A stretch of 64,000 nt of DNA, taken from positions 3,647,639 to 3,711,638 of the forward strand of contig NC_057752.1 of NCBI RefSeq assembly GCF_004010195.1, given 5' to 3'. Both the position numbers and the translations under genes were made by a program. How positions within the stretch are numbered: position 1 is the stretch's first letter; every line of letters begins with the position of its first letter. This document shows, one piece after another, positions 37,501-49,239 of the stretch. The notes under the pieces were generated by a model. It worked only from the letters and a program-made list of their open reading frames with translations, did no database searches and was not told the origin of the DNA. This stretch comes from Chiloscyllium plagiosum. Lineage: Eukaryota.

Positions 37501-40500
37501 GAGGCCCAGACTGGAGGCTGTGGCAGGGAGGTGAGGCCCAGACTGGAGCCTCTCCCGGGGAGGTGAGGCCCAGACTGGAGTCTGTCACAGGGAGGTGAGG
37601 CCCGGACTGGAGTCTGTCACAGGGAGGTGAGGCTCGGACTGCAGGCTGTCTCGTGGAGGTGATGCACGGACTGGAGGCTGTCACGGGGAGGTGAGGCCCG
37701 GACTGGAGGCTGTCACAGGGAGGTGAGGCCCAGACTGGAGTCTGTCAAAGGGACGTGAGGCCCGGACTGGAGGCTGTGGCGGGGAGGTGAGTACTGATTG
37801 GAGGCTGTCACAGGGAGGTGAGGCCCGGACTGGAGGCTGTCTCGGGAAGGCGAGGGCCGGAGTGGAGGCTGTGGCGGGGAGGTGAGGCCCGGACTGGAGG
37901 CTGTCTCGGGGAAGTGGGCCCGGACTGGAGGTTGTCTCGGGGAGGTGAGGCCCGGACTGGAGGCTGTGACAGGCAGGTGAGGCCCGGGCTGGAGGCTGTG
38001 GCGGGTAGGTGACGCCCGGTCTGGAGGCTGTGGCAGGGAGGTGAGGCCCAGACTGGAGCCTCTCACGGGGAGGTGAGGCCCAGACTGGAGGCTGTCTCGT
38101 GGAGGTGATGCACGGACTGGAGGCTGTCACGGGGAGGTGAGGCCCGGACTAGCGGCTGTCACAGGGAGGTGAGGCCCGGACTGGAGTCTGTCACAGGGAG
38201 GTGAGGCCCAGACTGGAGTCTGTCACAGGGAGGTGAGACCCGGACTGGAGTCTGTCACGGGGAGGTGAGGCCCGGACTGGAGCCTCTCACGGGGAGGTGA
38301 GGCCCGGACTGGAGCCTCTCACGGGGAGGTGAGGCCCAGACTGGAGTCTGTCACAGGGAGGTGAGGCTCGGACTGCAGGCTGTCTCGGGAAGGTGAGGCC
38401 CGGACTGCAGTCTGTCACAGGGAGGTGAGGCTCGGACTGGAGGCTGTTGCGGGGAGGTGAGGCCCGGACTGGAGGCTGTGGCGGGGAGGTGAGGCCCGGA
38501 TTGGAGGCTGTAGCAGGCAGGTGAGGCCCGGACTGGAGGCTGTAGCGGGCAGGTGAGGCCCGGACTGGAGGCTGTCTCGGGAAGGCGAGGGCCGGAGTGG
38601 AGGCTGTGGCGGGGAGGTGAGGCCCGGACTGGAGGCTGTCTCGGGGAAGTGCGCCCGGACTGGAGGTTGTCTCGGGGAGGTGATGCCCGGACTGGAGGCT
38701 GTCGCGGGGAGGTGAGGCCCGGAGTGAAAGCTATCAGGGGGAGCTGAGGCCCGGACTGGAGGCTGTGGCAGGCAGGTGAGGCCCGGACTGGAGGCTGTGG
38801 CGGGGAGGTGAGGCCTGGACTGGAGGCTGTGGCGGGTAGGTGACGCCCGGACTGGAGGCTGTGGCAGGGAAGTGAGGCCCAGACTGGAGCCTCTCACGGG
38901 GAGGTGAGGCCCAGACTGGAGGCTGTCTCGGGGAGGTGAGGCCCGGACTGGAGGCTTTCTCGGGGAGGTGAGGCCCGGATCGGGGAGGTGAGGCCCGGAC
39001 TGGAGGCTGTCTCTGGAAGGTGAGGCCCAGTATGGAGGCTGCCACGGGGAGGTGAGGCCCGGACTGGAGGCTGTGGCGGGGAGTTGAGGCTCGCTCTGCA
39101 GTCTGTGGCGGGGAGGTGAGGCCCGGACTGGAGGCTGTGGCGGGGAAGTGAGGCCCGGATTGGAGGGCGTGGCTGGGAGGTTATGCCTGGATTGGACGGT
39201 GTGGCGGGGAGATGAGGCCTGGATTGGACGGTGTGGCGGGGAGATGAGGCCTGGATTGGAGGCTTTCACAGGGTGGTGAGGCTCGGTTTCGAGGTTGTGG
39301 CATGGAGGTGAGGCCCGGACTGGAGGCTGTCACAGAGAGGTGAGGCCCGGACTGTAGGCTGTCCCGGGAATGTGAGGCCCGGTGTGGAGGCTGTCACGGG
39401 GAGGTGAGGCCCAGACTGGAGGCTGTGGCAGGAGGTGAGGCCCGGACTGGAGGCTGTGGCAGGCAGGTGAGGCCCGGACTGGAGGCTGTGGCGGGGAGCT
39501 GAGGCCCGCTCTGGAATCTGTGGTGGGGAGGTGAGTCCCAGACTGGAGGCTGTCTCGGGAATGTGAGGCCCGGTGTGGAGGCTGTCACGGGGAGGTGAGG
39601 CCCGGACTCGAGGCTGTGGCAGGCAGGTGAGGCCTGGACTGGAGGCTGTCCCGGGGAGGTGAGGCCCGGTATGGATGCTGCGACGGGGAGGTGAGGCCCG
39701 GACTGGAGGCTGTCGCGGGGAGGTGAGGCCCGGACTGGAGGCTGTCACGGGGAGGTGAGGCCCAGACTGGAGGCTGTCAAGCGGATGTGAGGCCCGGAGT
39801 GGAAGCTGTCATGGGGAAGTGAGGCCAGGACTGGAGGCTGTGGCGGGGAGGTGAGGCACGGACTGGAGGCTGTCAAGCGGATGTGAGGCCCAGAGTGGAG
39901 GCTGTCACGGGGAGATGATGCCCGGACTGGAGGCTATGGCGGGGAGGTGAGGCCCGGACTGGAGGCTGTGTAAGGGGATTGTAGGCCTGGAATGGAGGCT
40001 GTCTTGCTAAGGGGAGGGCCGGAGTGGAGGCTGTGGCGGGGAGGTGAGTCCCAGACTGGAGGCTGTCTCGGGAAGATGAGGCCCGGATTGGAGGCTGTCA
40101 CGGGGAGGTGAGGTGAGGCCCAGACTAGAGGCTGTCACAGGGACGTGAGGCCCGGACTGGAGGCTGTCACGGGGAGGTGAGGCCCGGATTGGAGGCTGTG
40201 GTGGGGAGATGAGGCCTGGATTGGAGGCTGTCATGGGGAGATAAGGCCCAGATTGGAGGCTGTGGTGGGCAGCTGAGGCCAGGAATCGAGGCTGTGGTGG
40301 GGAGGTGAGGCCCGGATTGGAGGCTGTGGCGGGAAGGTGAGGCCCGGATTGGAGGCTGTGGCGGGAAGGTGAGGCCCGGATTGGAGGCTGTGGCAGGGAG
40401 GTGAGGCCAGGGTTGGAGGCTGAGGCGGCGAGATGAGGCCCGGACTGGAGGCTGTGGCAGGGAGGTGAAGCCCGGAGTGTAGGCTGTCACGGGGAGGTGA

Positions 40501-43092
40501 GGCCCGGACTGGAGGCTGACACGGGGAGGTGAGGCCCGAAATGGAGGCTGTCACCGGGAGGTGAGGCCCAGACTGGGGGCTGTCTCGGGGAGGTGTAGCC
40601 CGGACTGGGGGCTGTCTCGGGAATTTGAGGCCCGGTGTGGAGGCTGCCACGGGAAGGTGATGCACGGAGTGGAGGCAGTGGCGGGGAGGTTATGCCCAGA
40701 CTGGAGGCTGTGCCGAGCAGGTGAGGTCCAGACTGGAGGCTGTGCCGGGGAGGTGAGGCCCGGATTGGAGGCTGTTGCGAGGAGGTGAGGCCCAGACTGT
40801 AGGCTGTGGCGGGCAGGTGAGGTCCAAACTCGAGGCTGTGCCGGGGAGGTGAGGCCTGGATTGGAGGCTGTGGTGGGGAGGTGAGGCCCAGACTGTAGGC
40901 TGTGGTGGGGAGGTGAGGCCCGGACTGGAGGCTGTGGCGGGGAATTGAGGCTCGCTCTGCAGTCTGTGGCGGGGAGGTGAGGCCCAGACTGGAGGCTGTG
41001 GCGGGGAAGTGAGGCCCGGATTGGAGGGTGTAGCGGGGAGATGAGGCCTGGATTGGACGGTGTGGCGGGGAGATGAGGCCTGGATTGGAGGCTTTCACAG
41101 GGTGGTGAGGCTCGGTTTTGAGGTTGTGGCATGGAGGTGAGTCCCGGACTGGAAGCTGTCACGGAGAGGTGAGGCCCGGACTGTAGGCTGTCTCGGGAAT
41201 GTGAGGCCCGGTGTGGAGGCTGTCACGGGGAGGTGAGGCCCGGACTGGAGGCTGTGGCAGGGAGGTGAGGCCCGGACTGGAGGCTGTGGCGGGGAGGTAA
41301 GGCCCGGAGTGGAGGCTGTCACGGTGAGGTGAGGCCCGGACTGGAGGCTGTCGCGGGGAGGTGAGGCCCGGACTGAAGGCTGTCGCGGGGAGGTGAGGCC
41401 CGGAATGGAGGCTGTCGCGGGGAGGTGAGGCCCAGACTGGAGGCCGTCATGGGGACATGAGTCTCGGACTGGGGGCTTTCCCGGGAAGGTGAGGCCCGGA
41501 CAGGAGGCTGTCTCGGGAAGGTGAGGCGCGTTGTGGAGGCTGTGGCAGGGAGGTGAGGCCCAGACTGGAGGCTGTGGCAGGGAGGTGAGGCCCGGACTGG
41601 AGTCTGTCTCGGGAAGGTGAGGCGCGTTGTGGAGGCTGTGGCAGGGAGGTGAGGCCCAGACTGGAGGCTGTGGCAGGGAGGTGAGGCCCAGACTGGAGTC
41701 TGTGGCGGGGAGGTGAGGCCCGGACTGGAGGCTGTGGTGGGGAGGTGAGGCCCGGACTGGAGGATGTGGTGGGGAGGTGAGGCCCGGACTGGAGGATGTG
41801 GTGGGGAGGTGAGGCCCGGACTGGAGGATGTGGTGGGGAGGTGAGGCCCGGACTGGAGGCTGTGGTGGGGAGGTGAGGCCCGGACTGGAGGATGTGGTGG
41901 GGAGGTGAGGCCCGGACTGGAGGATGTGGTGGGGAGGTGAGGCCCGGACTGGAGGATGTGGTGGGGAGGTGAGGCCCGGACTGGAGGATGTGGTGGGGAG
42001 GTGAGGCCCGGACTGGAGGATGTGGTGGGGAGGTGAGGCCCGGACTGGAGGATGTGGTGGGGAGGTGAGGCCCGGACTGGAGGATGTGGTGGGGAGGTGA
42101 GGCCCGGACTGGAGGATGTGGTGGGGAGGTGAGGCCCGGACTGGAGGCTGTGGTGGGGAGGTGAGGCCCGGACTGGAGGATGTGGTGGGGAGGTGAGGCC
42201 CGGACTGGAGGATGTGGTGGGGAGGTGAGGCCCGGACTGGAGGATGTGGTGGGGAGGTGAGGCCCGGACTGGAGGATGTGGTGGGGAGGTGAGGCCCGGA
42301 CTGGAGGATGTGGTGGGGAGGTGAGGCCCGGACTGGAGGATGTGGTGGGGAGGTGAGGCCCGGACTGGAGGATGTGGTGGGGAGGTGAGGCCCGGACTGG
42401 AGGATGTGGTGGGGAGGTGAGGCCCGGACTGGAGGCTGTGGTGGGGAGGTGAGGCCCGGACTGGAGGATGTGGTGGGGAGGTGAGGCCCGGACTGGAGGA
42501 TGTGGTGGGGAGGTGAGGCCCGGACTGGAGGATGTGGTGGGGAGGTGAGGCCCGGACTGGAGGATGTGGTGGGGAGGTGAGGCCCGGACTGGAGGATGTG
42601 GTGGGGAGGTGAGGCCCGGACTGGAGGATGTGGTGGGGAGGTGAGGCCCGGACTGGAGGATGTGGTGTGGAGGTGAGGCCCGGACTGGAGGCTGGGGTGG
42701 GGAGGTGAGGCCAGGACTGGAGGCTGTGGTGGGGAGGTGAGGCCCGGACTGGAGGCTGTGGTGTGGAGGTGAGGCCCGGACTGGAGGCTGGGGTGGGGAG
42801 GTGAGGCCAGGACTGGAGGCTGTGGTGGGGAGGTGAGGCCCGGACTGGAGGCTGTGGTGGGGAGGTGAGGCCCGGACTGGAGGCTGTGGTGGGGAGGTGA
42901 GGCCCGGACTGGAGGCTGTGGTGTGGAGGTGAGGCCCGGACTGGAGGCTGGGGTGGGGAGGTGAGGCCCGGACTGGAGGCTGTGGTGGGGAGGTGAGGCC
43001 CGGACTGGAGGCTGTGGTGTGGAGGTGAGGCCCGGACTGGAGGCTGTGGTGGGGAGGTGAGGCCCGGACTGGAGGATGTGGTGGGGAGGTGA
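34586..43092 (+). repeat. ~8.5-kb G-rich minisatellite, 32-bp unit GGACTGGAGGCTGTCGCGGGGAGGTGAGGCCC (~265 units)
   Basis: Period read directly (GGACTGG at 34871 and 34903); homogeneous ends and a diverged middle. Confidence 0.98.
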
Positions 43093-43370
43093 GACGTTTT
43101 GCGGACTGCTGGAGAGGCCTTCTATTTTGAAGCCTGGCGTGGTCTGGAGACTAAGTGCCGGGGTGATAAGACTGTCAGTTGAGTAGTTTCTTTTCAAAAT
43201 TCTTCCCCTTTATTCTCATGCTCGGCTATTTATTTATTATTTTTTCTCTTTTATACCAAACGCTTCCGTGTCTCTATCTTGCGATCGTGTACCTAAGATG
43301 GCACTGTAAAGTGGCAACATTGCAAACTCTTCACTGCACTCATGTGACCATCAAGCTAATTCATGATCAT
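43093..43370 (+). mobile_element. 3' part of a non-autonomous element with a Rex1/Babar-like tail, adjoining the minisatellite
   Basis: GTACCTAAGATGGCAC..AAACTCTTCACTGCACTCATGTGACCATCAAGCTAATTC resembles the Rex tails at ~8060 and ~31860 (-) and the segment at 50700-50800. Confidence 0.5.
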
Positions 43371-44719
43371 CTTTTGTGAAGCATGCCTCGAGGTGCCTTT
43401 TCCACATTAAACGCACGTGTCTAACCTTCCTCAGATCTACAACCCTCTGAGACCTCTGCACTCAGTCCACTCTTTTCAATGCGCCTCCCCTGTTTGCACT
43501 GCTTCACCACTGGTCACTGAAATTTCCATTGCCTGCCTTGAAGTTCGGAAATTCCCTCCCTAAATCCCCCTCTCCTCTCCCAGCAAGTCAGCTCCAGTGG
43601 AATCATTCAGGCCTCTTCTTATTGAGGATTAGGAGCAAGAATTTCTCTGGGAATTCTGGACTGGGAATACGTACTTCAAGCTGCATGTGGGCTGTCATCT
43701 CCCTGGATGGATTATTACAACGACTTTGTGCTCTTGGCAAGTTATTGGAATTTCCCATCAGCCTGATCATTCCAAATACCTGTGGCCAACTTGCTGAATT
43801 CCCGAGGGCATCACAGAAGGTGGAATCTGGAATTGGGTTCCCATTCTTATGCTGGAGAGCTGTCTGTTCTTCATGAAAGAGTGCAAAGCATTTGGAATAA
43901 GTTGCCAGGCAAGGGTAATAGAATCAAAACATTGGGGTTATTTAAAATACAATTACACGTCATTCTGTGAGAGTTAACGTTCCAAAGGGATCGGCCTTAA
44001 TATATGAACTGAATCACAATAATTTCAGCACAGAAGGAGGCCAGTGAGTCTACATTGCCTGCCCTGGTGCGGACTTTTCCAGCAGGAGCAATCAGACTCT
44101 GTTTCCTTTTCTGTGCGCGCTTTTATATAATTCCTTTTCAGATATTTATCCAACTGCCTTTTAAATGAGGTTACAGTCCTTGTCTCAATAGCCACTTGTG
44201 GCAAAGCATTCTGCGTGTGAATAATCCTCTGTGTGAAAAATCCCTTCCACTCTCTCCCTCTGTTCTTCTCATGACAATACTCAGTCTCTGCCCCAAGCTC
44301 ATGGGATGAGAGGCTTCTTCTTATCCTTGGCTTTTCTACTGTTCTTGATACAACACTATTTCTTTGTCAAGGTTGTTTTAAAGTGGTGCAGACACAGTTT
44401 TGCTTTGAGACGTCCTCTGTGGATGTAATTTTGACTGCGTGAAACAAATCATTTTCATTTGAAGTGCTGGTATTCATGATCGCAGAAACTAATATCTTAA
44501 AATAACTCCTACCTGGATATAACTGAGTCAGGTACTAATGGGAAACTTGAGTGAAGGCAGGTGCTATTTTGAAGCCAGCAAGAGGCACGCTGATGCTTGT
44601 CCCGTCTTGTATGAAGTTTGTATGGCTTTACCAATCTATAGAACCCCAAATTAGTTGTTCTGCCGTCGGTACGATGCAAGCTATTCCAGTTCACAGGGTT
44701 AACTCATAAGGAGTTGTTG

Positions 44720-45045
44720 AATTCATTCACTGAATGTGAGCACTGCCAGCTCGGGCAGGGTTTATTGTTACCCAGAGGGCAGTTAAGAGTTAACCACATG
44801 GCTTTGGACTCACTTGGAGGCCAGACCAGGTAAGGATAGCAGTTTGCCCTCCCTGAAGAACTTGAGTGAATAAGATGGGCTTTTCCTGAAAATGGATTCA
44901 AGGTCATTATGAAATTCATAATTCCAGATTTTTTTTATTGAATTCAAACCATTGGCTGTGACAGGATTCAAACCCAGGTCCTTAGAATATTCCTCGGGTC
45001 TCTGGATGAACAGCCCAGTGATAATACCATTAGGCCATCTACTCT
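44720..45045 (-). mobile_element. tRNA-derived SINE family B
   Basis: Reverse complement of 53103-53460. Confidence 0.75.
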
Positions 45046-45100
45046 AGGCTAAGTTGCTCACAGACTCAAACCCATATTCTCTAAACTGACACTGCCATTA

Positions 45101-45235
45101 CAGTGCTGAGGGAGTAACCGCACTGGGAGCGTCAGTCCAGTGCAGAGGGAGTAACCGCACTGGGAGCGTCGTCCAGTGCAGAGGGAGTAACCGCACTGGG
45201 AGCGTCAGTCCAGTGCAGAGGGAGTAACCGCACTG
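45101..45235 (+). repeat. 37-bp tandem repeat (~3.7 units) within a Deu-type SINE (~45090-45390)
   Basis: CAGTGCAGAGGGAGTAACCGCACTGGGAGCGTCAGTC at 45101, 45138, 45174 and 45211. Confidence 0.85.
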
Positions 45236-45854
45236 TTGTAGCTGCCATCGTCTGACTGGCCATTAAACTGAAGTCCCTGTTGATGTCAGAGACCAAGCCC
45301 ATGGCACTGTTGAAAGAAGAGTAGGAAGTTCTTTCTAGTATCCTGGGGCATATTTATCACCTGACCAACATCACTAAAAAACAGATCAAGGTCTGAAACT
45401 CAATTTCAGCTGCCAGGAAATTGCCAGTTTGTGGTGTGACTGAGCTTAAAGAAACAGCAAGAAAACTACACCTGGGGAAACCGAATAAAAACACGACATC
45501 AGTGTCACAGGGAGGCAGTGAAGCACTTTACAAGCCTGGAGAGGTATTAACTTGCAGCTGGGCATGGAACTGAAGCTATGAGCAACCCACTTGCTCCACG
45601 CAATGGAGCCATCGCTAATGATGGTTTGGTGTCGAAGGGCGAGGCAGAGCTAACCACCAGGTCAAGAAAATCATCATCATTTCCAAAACCGCTATGGCCT
45701 CGCCCCCCCCCAATTCTACCTTTGTAGTCTCGGCCAACCCTCCAAGAAACCCGTTTTCTTTCACCTTTGGCGCCTTGTGGTTTTTAATCACCTTACTGTT
45801 AGCAGACTTGCCAAGGACTCAAGCTGTTGACTTCCCTCTAGAAGAGATGATTTA

Positions 45855-46045
45855 GAGATGCCAGTGTTGGACTGGGGGGGGGAGGACAAAGTTAAAAACC
45901 ACACAACACCAGGGTTATAGTCCAACAGCTTTATTTGGGAGCACTAGCTTTCAGACAACCACCTGATGAAGGAGCAGCGCTCCGAAAGCTAGTGCTTCCA
46001 ATTAAACCTGTTGGACTATAACCTGGTGCTGTGTGATGTTTAACT
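45855..46045. mobile_element. Penelope-like fold-back insertion (family P2)
   Basis: Inverted arms ~45890-45952 and ~45984-46045 (AGTTAAAAACCACACAACACCAGG.. / ..CCTGGTGCTGTGTGATGTTTAACT). Confidence 0.8.
45960..45994 (+). ncRNA. Minimal type-I hammerhead ribozyme motif, apparently intact (P2)
   Basis: CAC-CUGAUGA-A-GGAGC(AGC)GCUCC-GAAA-GCUA-GUG: stem I CAC/GUG, 5-bp stem II, palindromic AGCU stem III, cleavage triplet CUA. Confidence 0.8.
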
Positions 46046-46683
46046 CCTAGAAGCGAGGCAGGTAAGAGGCTCGAGGAGGTACAAGATGTGGTCGAGTCTC
46101 AGTCCTTGCAACTTTCCAACAGTTTTAAGATGCTTGAAAGGTGAAAGGGCAGGGCAGCAGAATGGATGAGTAAACCGACCAGGGCCCTGAGTGACCAGGA
46201 ATGTCATGCTAGTAAGGGTTAGGATTAAGGGCCACTCTGTGGCCAAGAGTGAGAGTTCAGAGGGCTGCTCAATGTCAGGGTTAGGCACATCTATTTCTAG
46301 CTGAAGAGCAATTTGCAGCGGGAGAGCAGGATCCTGTGTTTATGGACTCCGTCAAGACCAATGATACGGACAGGACCAAGAGAGAAGATCCGCTCGGGAA
46401 GTATAAGCATTCGGAAGTGGAGTTATTTCTGGTGTGCTGGTACAAAAGAGTATGCTGGTACGAATCACAAAATGGTAGCGTGTGGATACAGCAGATGTTT
46501 AGGAATTGCGTAAGTAATGGAATATCAAAGGAGAGATGTTTTGCTGCAGTTGTACAGAGCATTCGTGAGACCACATCTTGAGTACTGTGTTCTGTGCTCA
46601 CAAAACGGGCAGTACTATATTTTTTATTAAATTGCTTTTTAAGATGGCTGTCTTCAGTATACAAGCTTTCTTGGTTAATTGTC

Positions 46684-47125
46684 AAGCAGGAGGAAAACAG
46701 CAAGCCAGGCAGCCCCAGGAGGTGGAGAAGTCGACGTTTCGGGTGTAACCCTTCCTCAGGACTGGGCGTGGGTGTGGGGGGAGGCGGGGGCAGGGTGGTG
46801 AGGTGGAGATAGGTGAAGACAGGTAGAGGGTACGACCTGGTTGGTCAATGGGAGGAATGAGTCCGGTTGGTAGCTGGAAGGAAGGGTCAGTCAGAGAGAT
46901 GGAAGGGAGGGGGAGCAGAGTTGGGGGATGGGGAGGGAGGTTATTTGAAACTGGGGAACTCAATGTTGAGTCCTCCGGTCTGTAGGCTGCCCAGGCGGAA
47001 GATGAGGTGTTGTTCCTCCAATTTGTGGTTTGGTTTGTTGTGGCAATGGAGGAGGCTGAGGATGGTCTTGTCGGAAAGGGAGTGGGAAAGGGAATTAAAA
47101 TGGGCAGTGACTGGGAGGTCTTGGC
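46684..47125 (-). mobile_element. Penelope-like element 3' end: GIY-YIG endonuclease C-terminus plus pLTR
   Basis: Minus-strand QDLPVTAHFNSLSHSLSDKTILSLLHCHNKPNHKLEEQHLIFRLGSLQTGGLNIEFPSFK*, followed by a terminal repeat carrying a hammerhead core. Confidence 0.85.
46729..46763 (-). ncRNA. Minimal type-I hammerhead ribozyme motif, apparently intact (P1-related)
   Basis: AGUC-CUGAGGA-A-GGGU(UAC)ACCC-GAAAC-GUC-GACU: perfect 4-bp stem I, 4-bp stem II, palindromic ACGU stem III, GUC cleavage triplet. Confidence 0.82.
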
Positions 47126-47630
47126 TAACTGTGGCACACCAGGAATATCTGACAGTTCAATCCGAACAACCCCCTTTCTACAACTAACAAAACCAAATTT
47201 GCATGCATGATTTGTAGCAGTGAGTTACCCAAATTATTCCCTCGACAAACAATAATTCTCCAGAAGCAACGACCATTGGGTGTTCTCAGCAGTGTCTGCA
47301 TATGCATGGCAAACATAGTCTTTAAGTGATGCTGGTCTCAGTAATGGTGGTGGTGTATGTGTTGTTGGCTGCTCGTCTGCGTGTTGTTCTTCTCCTACAA
47401 ATTGCATTCCCATGTCATTCGTTGCTGCCATGGTACCTGTAGTGGTTGGGTTGCTGTGGACCTCTGGGTGAGATGGCTGACCCGTGGGCTGTACAGATAG
47501 TGTGTTCACATCTTCCTGATCAGCCATCTGCAGCTTAGGAGCAGCTCTCCACGTTCGCGATGATGTACCTGATGCTCAACTCTGGCAACGGGGTTTCTTG
47601 TTAAAATGAAAGTCCGCTGTTTCATGTTGA

Positions 47631-47867
47631 TGTTACCGCTCTGAAACAACTCCGCAGAGGCCAGTATCCTGTCCCCAGGTCGCCTTTTATTGATACGGGC
47701 CTAGTACATGGACTCTGACCAGCCCAGCTCAGAGTCAGTCCCTAAAGTGGAGAGGATCCCTGACCCTCCTGTTTCTGTCAGTCAGGGCTCCCTGATTGTC
47801 CTCAGGTGAACATCCCCGTTCAGGGATCTTATACTCAATGACCAACACTCATCCCAACACTCCAACA
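47631..47867. mobile_element. Probable solo LTR nested in the Gypsy element
   Basis: Termini TGTT...AACA; flanks GTTGA / GTGGA form an imperfect 5-bp TSD. Confidence 0.5.
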
Positions 47868-48204
47868 GTGGAAGCGTAGGTTGGGTGGAGTGTGTCCCTT
47901 CTACTGGCCTACTCTCTGTGCCATCAGTCAATGTTTCTCTTCACTTGGCGATTGTTCTGAATGCATCTCTGCTGGATTTGCTTGATGGCTTTATGATTCC
48001 TTCAGGTGACTGTCACTGCTGCCTCTGCCTGTCCATGTGACTGAGGACAGGGTGGAGATGCCGTGCTGAATTGCCCCAATCCATAATGAAGCAGCTGAAG
48101 TTTGAATTCCTGAACCGAGGACGATTATTGCTCGCCGCAATGTGGACAGTTCCATGAAGGTGGAAGTTGCGCATTCAGGCATTCGGCAATCTCAGCAGAT
48201 CAGA

Positions 48205-48479
48205 TGAGGTTCCCGACAGTTTGGAAGCAGGCCCTCCGGCCCCACGTCCACACCGACCCTCCGAAGAGCAACCCAGCCAGACCCACATTTACCCCTGACT
48301 AATGCACCTAACACTATGGCCGATTTAGCATGGCCTAACCTGCACATCTTTGGACTGTGGGAGGAAACCCACGCAGACACGGGGAGAATGTGCAAACGCC
48401 ACACAGACAGTCACCTGAGGTTGGAATCGAACCTGGGTCCCTGGCGCTGTGAGGCAGCAGTGCTAACCACTGAGCCATC
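48205..48479 (-). mobile_element. HE1-type V-SINE
   Basis: Reverse-complement HE1 head, V-domain and tail. Confidence 0.85.
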
Positions 48480-49239
48480 AGTGTCCAAAATGATTCCGTT
48501 ACTTGCAGTGAATAGACATCTTTCCCATGCTGGACATACCTTCTTGACCTTTTTGTGATCTTCTCCACAATATTAGTATCCTCTCCATTGTGTGTGATTA
48601 TCCTGCCCAGGTGGGCCTGGAGTAACTGGCAGCATAATGCAAGATCGGATCTGTTCTGCCAGGAATATGTTCTAGCTGCTGATTTACGACCTCGGTGCTT
48701 CTGCACGTCAATTGCTTTCCTGAGAGTAAGTTTCACCTCCCTTCGTTGCTGAGCTCTCATGATAGGATCCCTTATATCCTAATACAATCTGGTCTTTAAA
48801 TAGATTGTCTTGTAATTCTCCAAATTCATAGGGTTCTGCAAGCTGAGTTAATGAAGCCACATATGGATCAATGGATTTCTTTATATCTGGAGCCCTGGTA
48901 TCGAACACACACCGGTTCATAAGTCGCATTCACTTACAGGTTGAAGCAGGCTGTTAAGGCTTTCAAAATTTCTTCTCCTTTTTCCCAGAGAGATTTAGGG
49001 TGGATGACACTTTGAAACAGTCTCTCTCCAACAGTAATTGAAGTGTGGCTATTATATTATTTTATTAAACAAATTACAAAACAGTTTACAAAAAAAACTT
49101 TGACAGCTGTACACAAAAGACAGCAATTTTACAAGGGAGAGGAGCAGCAAAGCTAGGAGTGTGGCTATTATAAACTGCTCTGACTTGTTAAATAGATCTG
49201 TCATAATTTCACAATCCCAGCGTTTCCTTATTTTATAAA

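Noticed and set aside
41095..43197. 700-aa Pro/Ser/His-rich ORF, and the other ORFs across 34660-41162
   Set aside because: These are translations of the C-rich strand of the 32-bp minisatellite, which has few stop codons. There is no domain, splice or codon evidence for a mucin- or extensin-like gene.
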